Part shown: positions 17,087 through 26,476 of the stretch, one piece after another
Position numbering within the stretch: position 1 is the first letter of the stretch
Layout: each line of letters opens with the position of its first letter
DNA from: Flavobacteriales bacterium
GTDB lineage: Bacteria > Bacteroidota > Bacteroidia > Flavobacteriales_D > CAJJDF01
Length of the DNA: 44,886 nt
Assembly: GCA_023255335.1 (NCBI GenBank)
Contig: JALRIS010000093.1
Coordinates: 1-44,886 of the forward strand
Reading direction: 5' to 3'
The notes under the pieces: generated by a model
The model's database searches: none
What the model was told of the DNA's origin: nothing
What the model saw: only the letters and a program-made list of their open reading frames with translations
Made by a program: the position numbers and the translations under genes

Positions 17087-18319
17087 TTACTTGAGTCCGT
17101 ATTCCTTTATTTTTCTGTAGAGGGTTCGTTCCGAAATACCCAATTCTTTTGCTGCATACTTTCTTTTTCCCCGATGCTTTTCCAGTGCTTTTGCAATCAT
17201 TTCTTTTTCTTTTTCCTCTAAGGATAAAATCTCTTCTACCTCTTCATGTTCATGAATATCAGGTTGCTGAAATGAAATGGAAGGTCGAGCAGGAAATGTT
17301 TCTCTTGGGGCATATTCTTGACGCACGTCCTTATCCATTTTATTTATTATGGCAATGTCATTTTCGGGAAAATCAACCTCTACATTTCCATTATTGTTGA
17401 CAATGTCTACAATAATTTTCTTCAGCTCCGTAATGTCTTTTTTCATGTCAAAAAGAACTTTGTGCAGAATATCTCTTTCGCTCATACCAGAATGTGACTC
17501 GCCATCATTTGGTAAAAGCATAGGTAAATTATTTTGGTAAACAGCCGGTAAATATGTGCTTAGCTTTTCGGCATTTATATCGCGGGAATTCTCTATTACC
17601 GAAATTTGCTCCGTTATGTTTTTTAGTTGTCTTATATTTCCTTGCCAAGTATAGTTGATAAGCATTTCTTTTGCCTCGGGGGTAAGAACAATAGTTGGCA
17701 TTCTGTATTTTTCGGCAAAGTCTGAGGCAAATTTTCTAAAAAGCAAATGAATATCGTCTCTTCTCTCTCTAAGTGGAGCAAGTTTTATAGGGACCGTACT
17801 TAGCCTGTAATAAAGGTCTTCTCTAAATTTCCCTTTTTGGATGGCTTCCTCTAGCTTTGTGTTGGTAGCGGCAATTACTCTTACATCCGTTTTTTGAACC
17901 TTTGAGGAACCTACTTTGTAAAATTCTCCAGACTCCAGCACTCTCAATAATCGGGCTTGGGTAGACAACGGAAGTTCTCCCAGTTCATCCAAAAAAATGG
18001 TGCCTCCATCTGCCTGTTCAAAATATCCTTTTCTTTTTTCGTGAGCCCCTGTAAACGAGCCTTTTTCATGGCCAAATAACTCAGAATCTATCGTTCCCTC
18101 AGGAATTGCTCCGCAGTTTACGGCAATGTATTCGGCATGTTTTCTTTTGCTGTATTGATGAATTACCTGGGGCATGATTTCTTTTCCCGTACCACTCTCT
18201 CCCATGATTAGAACAGAAATATCTGTAGGAGCAACCTGAACAGCTACTTCCAATGCTCTATTTAGTCCTGCTGAATTTCCAATAATTCCAAATCTCTGCT
18301 TTACTGATTGTATATCCAT
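17087..18319 (-). CDS. Sigma54-interacting AAA+ transcriptional regulator with Fis-type HTH and no N-terminal sensor domain
   Basis: Walker A GESGTGKE, DSELFGHEKGSFTGA, Walker B IFLDE, FREDLYYRL, WQGNIRQL, and HTH AAKELGISERTLYRKIK. Confidence 0.92.
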   Translation of the reverse strand: MDIQSVKQRFGIIGNSAGLNRALEVAVQVAPTDISVLIMGESGTGKEIMPQVIHQYSKRKHAEYIAVNCGAIPEGTIDSELFGHEKGSFTGAHEKRKGYFEQADGGTIFLDELGELPLSTQARLLRVLESGEFYKVGSSKVQKTDVRVIAATNTKLEEAIQKGKFREDLYYRLSTVPIKLAPLRERRDDIHLLFRKFASDFAEKYRMPTIVLTPEAKEMLINYTWQGNIRQLKNITEQISVIENSRDINAEKLSTYLPAVYQNNLPMLLPNDGESHSGMSERDILHKVLFDMKKDITELKKIIVDIVNNNGNVEVDFPENDIAIINKMDKDVRQEYAPRETFPARPSISFQQPDIHEHEEVEEILSLEEKEKEMIAKALEKHRGKRKYAAKELGISERTLYRKIKEYGLK

Positions 18320-19746
18320 TAGTTTACTAATTCTGCTATTAATGATGTTTTTGTGTAGCCTGTAATTTTTACTTGTACATAGTCTCCAACACTGTAATTA
18401 CCTTTTGGGAAGATGCATGTTGAATTTTGGGAGTTTCTACCCATGTATTCATCCTCGGATTTCTTGGAGACTTTTTCAACCAATACTTCATACACTTTGC
18501 CTACTTCTTCTTTATGATAGTCAAGCTGGTGCTTATGCTGTAGGTCAATTACCTCCATTAATCTTCGTTGCTTTGTTTCTTCAGGTACATCGTCTTCGTA
18601 TTTTCTTTCTGCCAAAGTTTTTGGCCTTTCGGAGTATTTGTACATGTAGGCAAAAGAGAATTTTACCTCCTCCATTAGGCTTAATGTATCTTGATGTTGC
18701 TCTTCCGACTCGCCACAGAAACCAATAATCAAATCGGTTGATATAGTTGCCTTTGGCACAATTCTTCTTATCGCTTCTATTCTATTCAGATACCACTCTC
18801 TGGTATATCCTCTGTTCATTTTTTTTAGCATTTCACTATTTCCTGATTGTACAGGCAAGTGAATGTAGTCGCATATATTCTCGTATTTTGCAATTACCTC
18901 TAGCACGTCATCGCCCATATCCTTGGGATGAGAAGTAGAGAATCTCACTCTCAGCTTAGGATTTATTTTCCCCACCATTTCCATCAATTGAGCAAAGTTC
19001 GTGGTAGGAATACTCGGGTCTTTTATTTCTCCTTTTGAGGACATATTCCATCGGTAACTATCTACATTTTGTCCCAGCAAAGTTACTTCTCTGTAGCCTC
19101 TTTCAAATAAATCTCGAGCTTCCGCTACAATTGTCAATGGGTTTCTGCTTCGTTCTCTTCCTCTTGTAAATGGCACAACACAAAACGAACACATATTGTC
19201 ACAACCTCGGGTGATAGATACAAATGCGGTAACTCCTGTTTGATCCAATCTAACTGGAGAAATATCTGCGTAAGTTTCCTCTCTGGATAACAGCACATTC
19301 ACCGACTTTTGTCCTCCTTCTGTTTCTTCAAGTAAATTGGGCAAATCTCTGTAGGCATCGGGTCCTACAACTAAATCAACTAGTTTTTCTTCTTCCAAAA
19401 GAGCGGCTTTTAATCTTTCGGCCATGCACCCCAAAACACCAACCATCAGGCTAGGTTTTTTCTTTTTCATCTTTTTGAAAGTGGTTAACCTCTTTCTTAC
19501 CGTCTGCTCTGCTTTATCACGAATGGAACAAGTGTTCAATAAAATTAAATCAGACTCCTCAATATTGCGGGTTGTTTCATAACCGTTTTCTGCAAGAATG
19601 GAGGCTACAACTTCACTGTCCGAAAAATTCATGGCACAACCGTAGCTCTCGAGATAGAGTTTTTTACCCTCCAATGACTTTGAGTTTTCTAAAACCAACG
19701 CCTCTCCTTGCTTCGATTCATCTATTGTTTTGTCTAGTTTGTCCAT
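18319..19746 (-). CDS. miaB: tRNA-2-methylthio-N6-dimethylallyladenosine synthase
   Basis: UPF0004 domain (YGCAMN, NTCSIR, GCMAER), radical [12 protein letters not shown]-terminal TRAM domain. Start moved to ATG 19746 (MDKLDK), supported by the promoter at 19773-19780. Confidence 0.95.
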   Translation of the reverse strand: MDKLDKTIDESKQGEALVLENSKSLEGKKLYLESYGCAMNFSDSEVVASILAENGYETTRNIEESDLILLNTCSIRDKAEQTVRKRLTTFKKMKKKKPSLMVGVLGCMAERLKAALLEEEKLVDLVVGPDAYRDLPNLLEETEGGQKSVNVLLSREETYADISPVRLDQTGVTAFVSITRGCDNMCSFCVVPFTRGRERSRNPLTIVAEARDLFERGYREVTLLGQNVDSYRWNMSSKGEIKDPSIPTTNFAQLMEMVGKINPKLRVRFSTSHPKDMGDDVLEVIAKYENICDYIHLPVQSGNSEMLKKMNRGYTREWYLNRIEAIRRIVPKATISTDLIIGFCGESEEQHQDTLSLMEEVKFSFAYMYKYSERPKTLAERKYEDDVPEETKQRRLMEVIDLQHKHQLDYHKEEVGKVYEVLVEKVSKKSEDEYMGRNSQNSTCIFPKGNYSVGDYVQVKITGYTKTSLIAELVN

Positions 19747-19772
19747 TTCTCTATTTGAGTTCAATTGTTTTG

Positions 19773-19780
19773 CAAAGATA
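19773..19780 (-). promoter_or_regulatory. -7 promoter element of the miaB-activator operon
   Basis: Minus strand reads TATCTTTG(CA), 26 nt upstream of the miaB ATG. Confidence 0.7.
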
Positions 19781-19899
19781 AAAAAAACTGACAGAATAGC
19801 AGTCTTTTTGACGAAGGTAAAAAACCAAGATAATGACGGTAAAAAAGCATCAATTCGGTCCTGATTTACTATCGTTTCTTGGCTGCAAAAAAAATACAT

Positions 19900-19931
19900 T
19901 TTGATTTGTGCAAAAAAAGTCCTTAATTTTG
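19900..19931 (+). promoter_or_regulatory. Bacteroidota primary-sigma promoter (-33 TTTG / -7 TAnnTTTG) for topA
   Basis: TTTG at 19900-19903, 20-nt spacer, TAATTTTG at 19924-19931. Confidence 0.7.
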
Positions 19932-20015
19932 CTCAGCTTGAATTTATCTACATTTACAGCCCATTACGTTCATTTATTTTGTCAATAGAGATGAAATTAA
20001 AACCAATATAACTTT

Positions 20016-22538
20016 ATGTCCAAGAACTTAGTCATTGTTGAGTCACCAGCCAAAGCCAAAACCATTGAAGGGTATTTGGGAAAAGGATTTACCGTAAAAT
20101 CAAGCTTTGGTCACGTAAGAGATATTCCTCGTAAAGGAATGGGAATAGATATAGAGAATGATTTCAACCCAAACTATGAAGTATCTGAGGATAAAAAGAA
20201 AGTCGTAGCAGAGCTCAAAAGGTTGACAAAGGCAGCGGATATAGTGTGGTTAGCAACTGATGAGGATCGAGAAGGAGAAGCAATCTCTTGGCATCTTTAC
20301 GAAACATTAGGATTGAAATCAAAAGAAACGAAAAGAATCACATTCAACGAGATCACAAAGACTGCCGTTCAAAACGCAATTGAAAATCCCCGAAAGATTA
20401 ATATTGATTTAGTAAATGCCCAGCAAGCACGAAGAGTGTTAGATAGGTTGGTAGGTTTTGAACTTTCTCCTGTCTTATGGAAAAAAATAAAACCTTCTCT
20501 TTCTGCGGGTAGAGTTCAGTCGGTCACAGTGAGGTTGATTGTGGAGAGAGAAAGAGAGATTAGAGAATTTAATAGTGTTGCTGCCTTTAAGGTAAAAGCT
20601 GAGTTTCTGCTGGATGGAACCGTGATTAAAGCGGACTTGGGGAAAACATTTAAAACGGAAGAGGAAACTCTTAATTTTTTGAATGATTGTGCTCAAGCGC
20701 AATTCACGATTAATACAATTGAGAAGAAACCTGCCAAAAAATCTCCTGCGCCTCCATTTACTACCTCTACATTGCAGCAAGAGGCGAGTAGAAAACTAGG
20801 GTTTTCTGTAAGTCGTACCATGAGTGTGGCACAAAAACTCTATGAATCTGGAAGAATTACCTACATGAGAACAGATTCTATCAATTTATCTAAAACAGCC
20901 AGAAATGGTGCAGAGGCGGAAATAAAAAAAGCGTACGGAAACGAATTTTCGCACCCTAGAGTTTTTAAAACCAAAACTAAAGGAGCACAAGAAGCACACG
21001 AGGCGATTAGGCCTACTAGTTTTGCAGTGCATTCGGCTGGAAACGATAGCAGTGAGAATCGACTTTATGATTTAATCTGGAAAAGAGCCATTGCTTCTCA
21101 AATGAGTGAGGCCAAGCTAGAAAAAACAACCGTTAAAATTGCGGGAGATACAATCAAAGAATTATTTACTGCACGAGGTGAGATAATTTTGTTTGAAGGT
21201 TTTTTGAAGGTGTACTTAGAAGGAAGAGATGATGAGAACGAAGATCTTGACGAAGCGAATGAAGGCATTTTTCCTCCAATGAAAAAAGGAGATTTTCTGG
21301 AAGTAAAGATGATAGAAGCAACCCAGCGTTACACGCGTCCACCGGCAAGATACACGGAGGCATCTCTTGTGAAAAAACTAGAAGAATTGGGAATTGGTCG
21401 ACCGTCTACCTACGCACCAACAATTACCACTGTTCAGAAAAGAGGATATGTGACAAAAGACGAGATTGAATATAGCAAACGAAATTACGCACAACTCACT
21501 CTCAAAAATGGGGAAGTAAAATCAAAAGAACTTACCGAAAACTACGGAGGAGACAAGAATAAGTTGTCGCCAACCGATATCGGTACTGTAGTGAACGATT
21601 TTCTGGTATCAAATTTTGATGGAATTTTGGATTATAATTTTACCGCTTCAGTAGAAAAGGAGTTTGATGACATTGCAGAAGGATTGATGAAGTGGACGGA
21701 AATGATCCGGAAGTTTTATGATCCTTTTCATGCTAAAGTAGAAAACACACTGGAACACGGAGAAAGACAATCTGGAGAAAGAGTACTTGGAGAAGATGAA
21801 AACGGCAACGATATTTTGGTACGGATAGGGCGATTTGGACCTATGGCACAAATTGGAAGAACCTCCGAAGAGGAGGACGGACCGGCCCCAAAGTTTGCCT
21901 CATTGCAAAAGAATCAGAGTTTAGAAACAATTACCCTCGAAGAGGTTCTGGACTTATTTAAGCTACCAAAAGAGTTGGGGACTTACGAAGGTCATGAGGT
22001 AATAGTATCAAACGGAAGATTTGGTCCCTACATCAAGTATGACACCTTGTTTGTTTCAATTCCCCGAGAGGAGGAGCCGTTGGATATGAAACTAGACAGA
22101 GCCATTGAGTTAATTTTAGAAAAACAAAAAGCTGATGCTCCCATCGCAGAATATGAAGGTTTGCCTGTGCAAAAAGGTTCGGGAAGATTTGGCCCATTTA
22201 TCAAATGGAATGATATGTTTATCAATGTGAACAAAAAGTATGACTTTGATAACCTATCGAAAGAAGATATTGTGGAATTGATTGAGGTGAAAAAACAAAA
22301 AGAGATAGATAAGATTATTCACAATTGGGAAGAAGAAGGGATACGAGTAGAAAAGGCACGATGGGGAAGATTTAACGTGATTAAGGGAAAAACAAAAATC
22401 GAACTGCCCAAAACTACCAAGGCCGAAAAATTGACGCTTGAAGAAGTGAAAGCGATGATTGAAAAGGCAAAGCCAGCCAAGAAAAAAACCGCTAAGAAAA
22501 AAACTGCGGCAAAAAAGAAAACCGTAAAAAAGAAGTAA
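20016..22538 (+). CDS. topA: DNA topoisomerase I
   Basis: IVESPAKAK, ATDEDREGE, SAGRVQS, ITYMRTDS, AHEAIRP, GIGRPSTY. Zn-free C-terminal GRFGP repeats and a Lys-rich tail. Confidence 0.97.
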   Translation: MSKNLVIVESPAKAKTIEGYLGKGFTVKSSFGHVRDIPRKGMGIDIENDFNPNYEVSEDKKKVVAELKRLTKAADIVWLATDEDREGEAISWHLYETLGLKSKETKRITFNEITKTAVQNAIENPRKINIDLVNAQQARRVLDRLVGFELSPVLWKKIKPSLSAGRVQSVTVRLIVEREREIREFNSVAAFKVKAEFLLDGTVIKADLGKTFKTEEETLNFLNDCAQAQFTINTIEKKPAKKSPAPPFTTSTLQQEASRKLGFSVSRTMSVAQKLYESGRITYMRTDSINLSKTARNGAEAEIKKAYGNEFSHPRVFKTKTKGAQEAHEAIRPTSFAVHSAGNDSSENRLYDLIWKRAIASQMSEAKLEKTTVKIAGDTIKELFTARGEIILFEGFLKVYLEGRDDENEDLDEANEGIFPPMKKGDFLEVKMIEATQRYTRPPARYTEASLVKKLEELGIGRPSTYAPTITTVQKRGYVTKDEIEYSKRNYAQLTLKNGEVKSKELTENYGGDKNKLSPTDIGTVVNDFLVSNFDGILDYNFTASVEKEFDDIAEGLMKWTEMIRKFYDPFHAKVENTLEHGERQSGERVLGEDENGNDILVRIGRFGPMAQIGRTSEEEDGPAPKFASLQKNQSLETITLEEVLDLFKLPKELGTYEGHEVIVSNGRFGPYIKYDTLFVSIPREEEPLDMKLDRAIELILEKQKADAPIAEYEGLPVQKGSGRFGPFIKWNDMFINVNKKYDFDNLSKEDIVELIEVKKQKEIDKIIHNWEEEGIRVEKARWGRFNVIKGKTKIELPKTTKAEKLTLEEVKAMIEKAKPAKKKTAKKKTAAKKKTVKKK

Positions 22539-22549
22539 GGAGCTGACCT

Positions 22550-23710
22550 ATGAAAGATTTCTCGATTTTCTGTACGCCAGTCTCGGAGCAAAACCAGAAA
22601 GAGTACAGTGTAAGCCCCAAAACTTTAGGTTCTAAGGTAATATTTCACAAAGGAGAAGAAATTGAAAAGGGAACCAAAGTAGCGTTTCTTGGAGTAAAAG
22701 AGTCGAGAGGCTCTTCGCTCATATCAGTGAAAGATTCGCCAGATGCAGTTAGAAAACAACTCTACAAATTATATCCCGGAGTAGACGTCCCGTGCATCGA
22801 CATCGGGAATATTAAGGGAGGAGAATCTCCTACAGATACACTTTTTGCCCTCACAGAAGTACTGAGCGAACTCATTCGAAAAGACATAATTCCTGTTGTA
22901 ATTGGCGGAAGTCAAGAATTAACGGTGGGTATGTACAAAGCCTTTGAAAAACTTGAACTAATCATTAACCTAACTACAGTAGATAGGAAAATTGATTTTC
23001 AATCAATTAATGAAACCACCTCAGACTCCTACCTCAAAGATATTCTATTAGCAAAACCCAATTATCTTTTCAACTACGCCAATTTGGGAAGTCAATCATA
23101 CTATCTGGATCCCGACAATGTCACCATGATGCACAAGTTGTTTTTCGACTCCAAGCGATTGGGTGAACTTCAAGCCAACATAGAGCTTGCAGAACCTATC
23201 CTTAGAAACTCGAATATTGTCAGTATTGATTTGAATAGTATTAGGCAAAGCGAAGTGCCGGGAACTAGTTTTGCCTCACCCAACGGTTTTTTTGGTAACG
23301 AAGCATGTCAGCTCGCAAGATACGCAGGAATAAGTGATAAGCTAAATGTTATTGGTTTTTTTGAAATGACACCTGAGTTTGATATACAACATCAAACTGC
23401 CCAATTGGTGGCTCAAATGATTTGGTATTTTCTGGATGGAGTAGGCAGCCGGAAGAACGAGTCCCCCATTTCAAATAGTAAGTATTACATCAATTACAAA
23501 GTTGTGATCTCCAATACCGAAGAGGAGCTTATCTTTATCAAAAGCCAGAAATCTGGAAGATGGTGGATGAAAATTCCTTATCCGCCTTCAAAGAAGCGCA
23601 AATATGAAAGGCACCACTTGGTTCCATGTTCATACTCTGATTATGAAACAGCTCTCAAAGATGAGATGCCAGATTTGTGGATAAATACCTACAATAGAAT
23701 CTATTCTTAG
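22550..23710 (+). CDS. Arginase/formimidoylglutamase-fold (ureohydrolase) protein with a degenerate metal site and a C-terminal extension
   Basis: Fold motifs DIGNI, PVVIGGSQELT, VDRKID, SIDLNSIR, SPNGF.G.EA, FEMTP. Canonical His/Asp ligands are substituted. Confidence 0.78.
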   Translation: MKDFSIFCTPVSEQNQKEYSVSPKTLGSKVIFHKGEEIEKGTKVAFLGVKESRGSSLISVKDSPDAVRKQLYKLYPGVDVPCIDIGNIKGGESPTDTLFALTEVLSELIRKDIIPVVIGGSQELTVGMYKAFEKLELIINLTTVDRKIDFQSINETTSDSYLKDILLAKPNYLFNYANLGSQSYYLDPDNVTMMHKLFFDSKRLGELQANIELAEPILRNSNIVSIDLNSIRQSEVPGTSFASPNGFFGNEACQLARYAGISDKLNVIGFFEMTPEFDIQHQTAQLVAQMIWYFLDGVGSRKNESPISNSKYYINYKVVISNTEEELIFIKSQKSGRWWMKIPYPPSKKRKYERHHLVPCSYSDYETALKDEMPDLWINTYNRIYS

Positions 23711-23820
23711 CGATTTTTTTTGGTTAATTTTTAAAATTCTCTTTAAGAATTTAGCAAGAAACAATTGGTAAAAAATTTTCTCATACCGATTTTTTCACTA
23801 TTTTAGCAGTTCATTCACTA

Positions 23821-24798
23821 ATGAACAACCTTATGAAAAAAGTAGTACTAATAGCATTTGTGGTAAGTTTAACTTTTGTGTCAAAAGCACAGCAAGACCC
23901 TCAGTTTACTCATTTTATGTTCGACCAATTGTCATTTAACCCAGCCTCTGTTGGTTTTAAAGATGCTTTTTGTTTAACAGCAATTTCGAGAAGACAATGG
24001 ACTGGGTTTAGTGCTGGAGAACCAAATACAACCCTCGTTAATTTTACTGCTCCAAAGATAGATTTAATCAAAGGAGGTTTGGGATTTTCCTATTACAACG
24101 ACCAAATTGGGTTCGAAAAAAATAATGTATTCAGATTGTCTTATTCCCTTCACTTACGAGATTTAGGTTTGAGCGACATCGGAGGAGGAAACTTCGCAAT
24201 TGGTTTATCTGCAGGGTATTTTCAAAAGAGTATTAATGGAACATGGATTACGCCAGATGGAGTTCCTGGAGGAACGGGTGCAGGACAAGATCAATCAATA
24301 CCAACTGGAAATCAAAACGAGGGAGGAATGAGTTTTAATGCTGGATTGTATTACAAAAACCCAAGTTTATATGTTGGTATTTCTACTACAAACATTACTC
24401 AAACCGAATTAAAAGCTCTCAGTGTTTCTGCATCCAGACATTATTTTGTGATGGGAGGATACGAATCTCCTGAGATTTTGGGAGGATTTGTGTTAAAACC
24501 CAATGTGCTCATCAAGTCGGACGGGATAAAAACACAATATGATTTTAATTTACACGTTTTAGCATACAATACATTTTGGGCTGGAGCGACTTACAGACAC
24601 AATGATGCAATAGCGCCAATGGCAGGACTGCAATTATTGAAAGGCGGAGCTCTTAAGGTAGGATATTCCTATGGGTTAGGAACTTCGTTTTTAAGTAACT
24701 ATTTCACTAATGGAAACCACGAAATCATGTTAAACTACTGTTTTAGTGTAACTCCGCCAATTAGAGAAGAGAAAGAAGTTCACCCGTATTTTTTATAA
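23821..24798 (+). CDS. porP: T9SS outer-membrane barrel, PorP/SprF family
   Basis: AQQDPQFTHFMFD.L.FNPA..G, RRQWTG, HYFVMGGY, LKPNVLIK, FWAGATYR, VGYSY, HEIML. Sits directly upstream of gldK. The start could be 23833. Confidence 0.9.
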   Translation: MNNLMKKVVLIAFVVSLTFVSKAQQDPQFTHFMFDQLSFNPASVGFKDAFCLTAISRRQWTGFSAGEPNTTLVNFTAPKIDLIKGGLGFSYYNDQIGFEKNNVFRLSYSLHLRDLGLSDIGGGNFAIGLSAGYFQKSINGTWITPDGVPGGTGAGQDQSIPTGNQNEGGMSFNAGLYYKNPSLYVGISTTNITQTELKALSVSASRHYFVMGGYESPEILGGFVLKPNVLIKSDGIKTQYDFNLHVLAYNTFWAGATYRHNDAIAPMAGLQLLKGGALKVGYSYGLGTSFLSNYFTNGNHEIMLNYCFSVTPPIREEKEVHPYFL

Positions 24799-24859
24799 AA
24801 AAATTGAAACATAATTAAATTTTTAGCGTAATAAGGATTGAATTTTGAGTTATTAACAA

Positions 24860-24867
24860 TATATTTG
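24860..24867 (+). promoter_or_regulatory. -7 promoter element upstream of gldK
   Basis: TATATTTG lies 22 nt before the first ATG, with TTG 19 nt upstream. Confidence 0.5.
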
Positions 24868-24889
24868 TTAATAATTCTAAAAGAAAAGA

Positions 24890-26380
24890 ATGAGAGATAT
24901 GAAAAGATTAGCAACAATGATAGGGTTTGCAGTTTTGGTATTTTCCAGCTGTCAAACAGGTAATGGAGAGTTGATTGGTGTGCAGGGAAGGCCAGAGTGG
25001 TATGGGTATGATCCATTGGATATGCAATATATCGCTGCAGGAAGTTTTCAAATGGGACAAAGTGACCAAGATGTTCCTTTTACTCAGCAAAACAAAACAA
25101 AAACGGTAACAGTTTCGGCTTTCTACATGGACCATACTGAGATTACAAACAATGAATATCGTCAGTTTGTTTATTGGGTAAGAGATTCTATCGCAATGAG
25201 ATACCTTGCGGAAGAATTTCCAGAAGAATTTTTATTGCCTACCTATGACGATGAGCTTGAGGAAAAAGACGAAGAAGATTGGAATTTGGATTGGGATGTA
25301 GAAATAGATTGGGAAGATCCTGACTTCTATCCGATATTGATGTCTGAAATGGTGTTGCCAGAAAATCAGAGATTTTATGGTGCAAGAGAAGTGGATGTAA
25401 GAAAATTAACATTTGATTACTACTGGATAGACTTTAAAGCAGCAGCTCAAAAAGGAAGGCCTGTAGTAAAAGCTATCTCCAATACTGAATACGAAGACCG
25501 AGAAGAGCACAGATTGAAAATGAAAGACGAAGGTTTCGATTTTCCAGTGGATCAATACGATGAAGAGATTCAACAAGGTAGAGACCTAGATTTAGGATGG
25601 AGAAACAGCAAGGGGCAAAATAATGCCATTCGATCTCATTCAGACCGTTCTAGATTTATTATTCACGAACAAATCAATGTGTACCCAGATACGTTGGTAT
25701 GGGTGAACGATTTTGCCTATTCGTACAACGAGCCTTATGCAAGACAATACTTTTCGAGTGTAGCATACGATGATTATCCAGTAGTGGGAATTACTTGGAA
25801 TCAAGCAAAAGCTTTCTGTGTATGGAGAACGAACTTATTAAACGGTCACCTAGGAAGAATTGGTGATCCAAGAATCGACAATTTTAGATTGCCATCCGAG
25901 GCGGAATGGGAGTATGCAGCAAGAGGTGGATTAGACCAAAGTCCATATCCTTGGGGAGGACCTTATATCAGAAACTCGAAAGGATGTTTCTTAGGGAATT
26001 TTAAACCTATGAGAGGAAGATACATGGAAGATGGAGGAACTTACACAGTAAAAGCAAACTCTTACCATCCAAACGACTACGGTTTATATTGTATGGCAGG
26101 AAATGTGGCAGAATGGACCAATACCGCTTACGATGAGTCCATGTATGAATTTTCTCATGACCTAAACCCTGAATACGAGTACAATGCGTTGGATCATGAT
26201 CCTATCTCAATGAAAAGAAAAGTAATTAGAGGAGGGTCCTGGAAAGACATTGGCTATTACCTTCAAACAGGTTCAAGAACATACGAGTATCAAGATACTG
26301 CGAAAAGCTACATCGGATTTAGATGTGTTTCTAGTTATCTTGGAAGAGGAGGAAACGAAAAAGGAGGAGACGTAAACTAA
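24890..26380 (+). CDS. gldK: T9SS/gliding ring lipoprotein GldK/PorK (FGE-sulfatase fold)
   Basis: Lipobox FSSC followed by GELIGV; TEITNNEYRQFV.WVRDS; VYPDTLVW; YPVVG.TW.QA.AFC.WRT; RLPSEAEWEYAARGG; RGGSWKD; IGFRCV. The start may be 24899. Confidence 0.95.
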   Translation: MRDMKRLATMIGFAVLVFSSCQTGNGELIGVQGRPEWYGYDPLDMQYIAAGSFQMGQSDQDVPFTQQNKTKTVTVSAFYMDHTEITNNEYRQFVYWVRDSIAMRYLAEEFPEEFLLPTYDDELEEKDEEDWNLDWDVEIDWEDPDFYPILMSEMVLPENQRFYGAREVDVRKLTFDYYWIDFKAAAQKGRPVVKAISNTEYEDREEHRLKMKDEGFDFPVDQYDEEIQQGRDLDLGWRNSKGQNNAIRSHSDRSRFIIHEQINVYPDTLVWVNDFAYSYNEPYARQYFSSVAYDDYPVVGITWNQAKAFCVWRTNLLNGHLGRIGDPRIDNFRLPSEAEWEYAARGGLDQSPYPWGGPYIRNSKGCFLGNFKPMRGRYMEDGGTYTVKANSYHPNDYGLYCMAGNVAEWTNTAYDESMYEFSHDLNPEYEYNALDHDPISMKRKVIRGGSWKDIGYYLQTGSRTYEYQDTAKSYIGFRCVSSYLGRGGNEKGGDVN

Positions 26381-26476
26381 TTACCCAGCAGATTTTATTA
26401 TTTAATACAACCCATTTGAATCGGACGTTCAAAGAAAAACACAATTAATAACAAACTAAAAAAGAAAAAAAAGTCT

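Noticed and set aside
19747-19899. 51-codon N-terminal extension of MiaB
   Set aside because: It contains the TATCTTTG promoter element and poly-T-derived codons, so it is a chance open frame.
22470-22538. A-rich quasi-repeats at the end of topA, and in the pdhC linker at about 37860-37945
   Set aside because: These are explained by Lys/Ala/Glu-rich low-complexity protein segments; they are not a CRISPR array or DNA repeat element.
23734-23752. Inverted repeat aaattct-cttta-agaattt upstream of porP
   Set aside because: Very AT-rich short arms that are expected by chance, with no other support.
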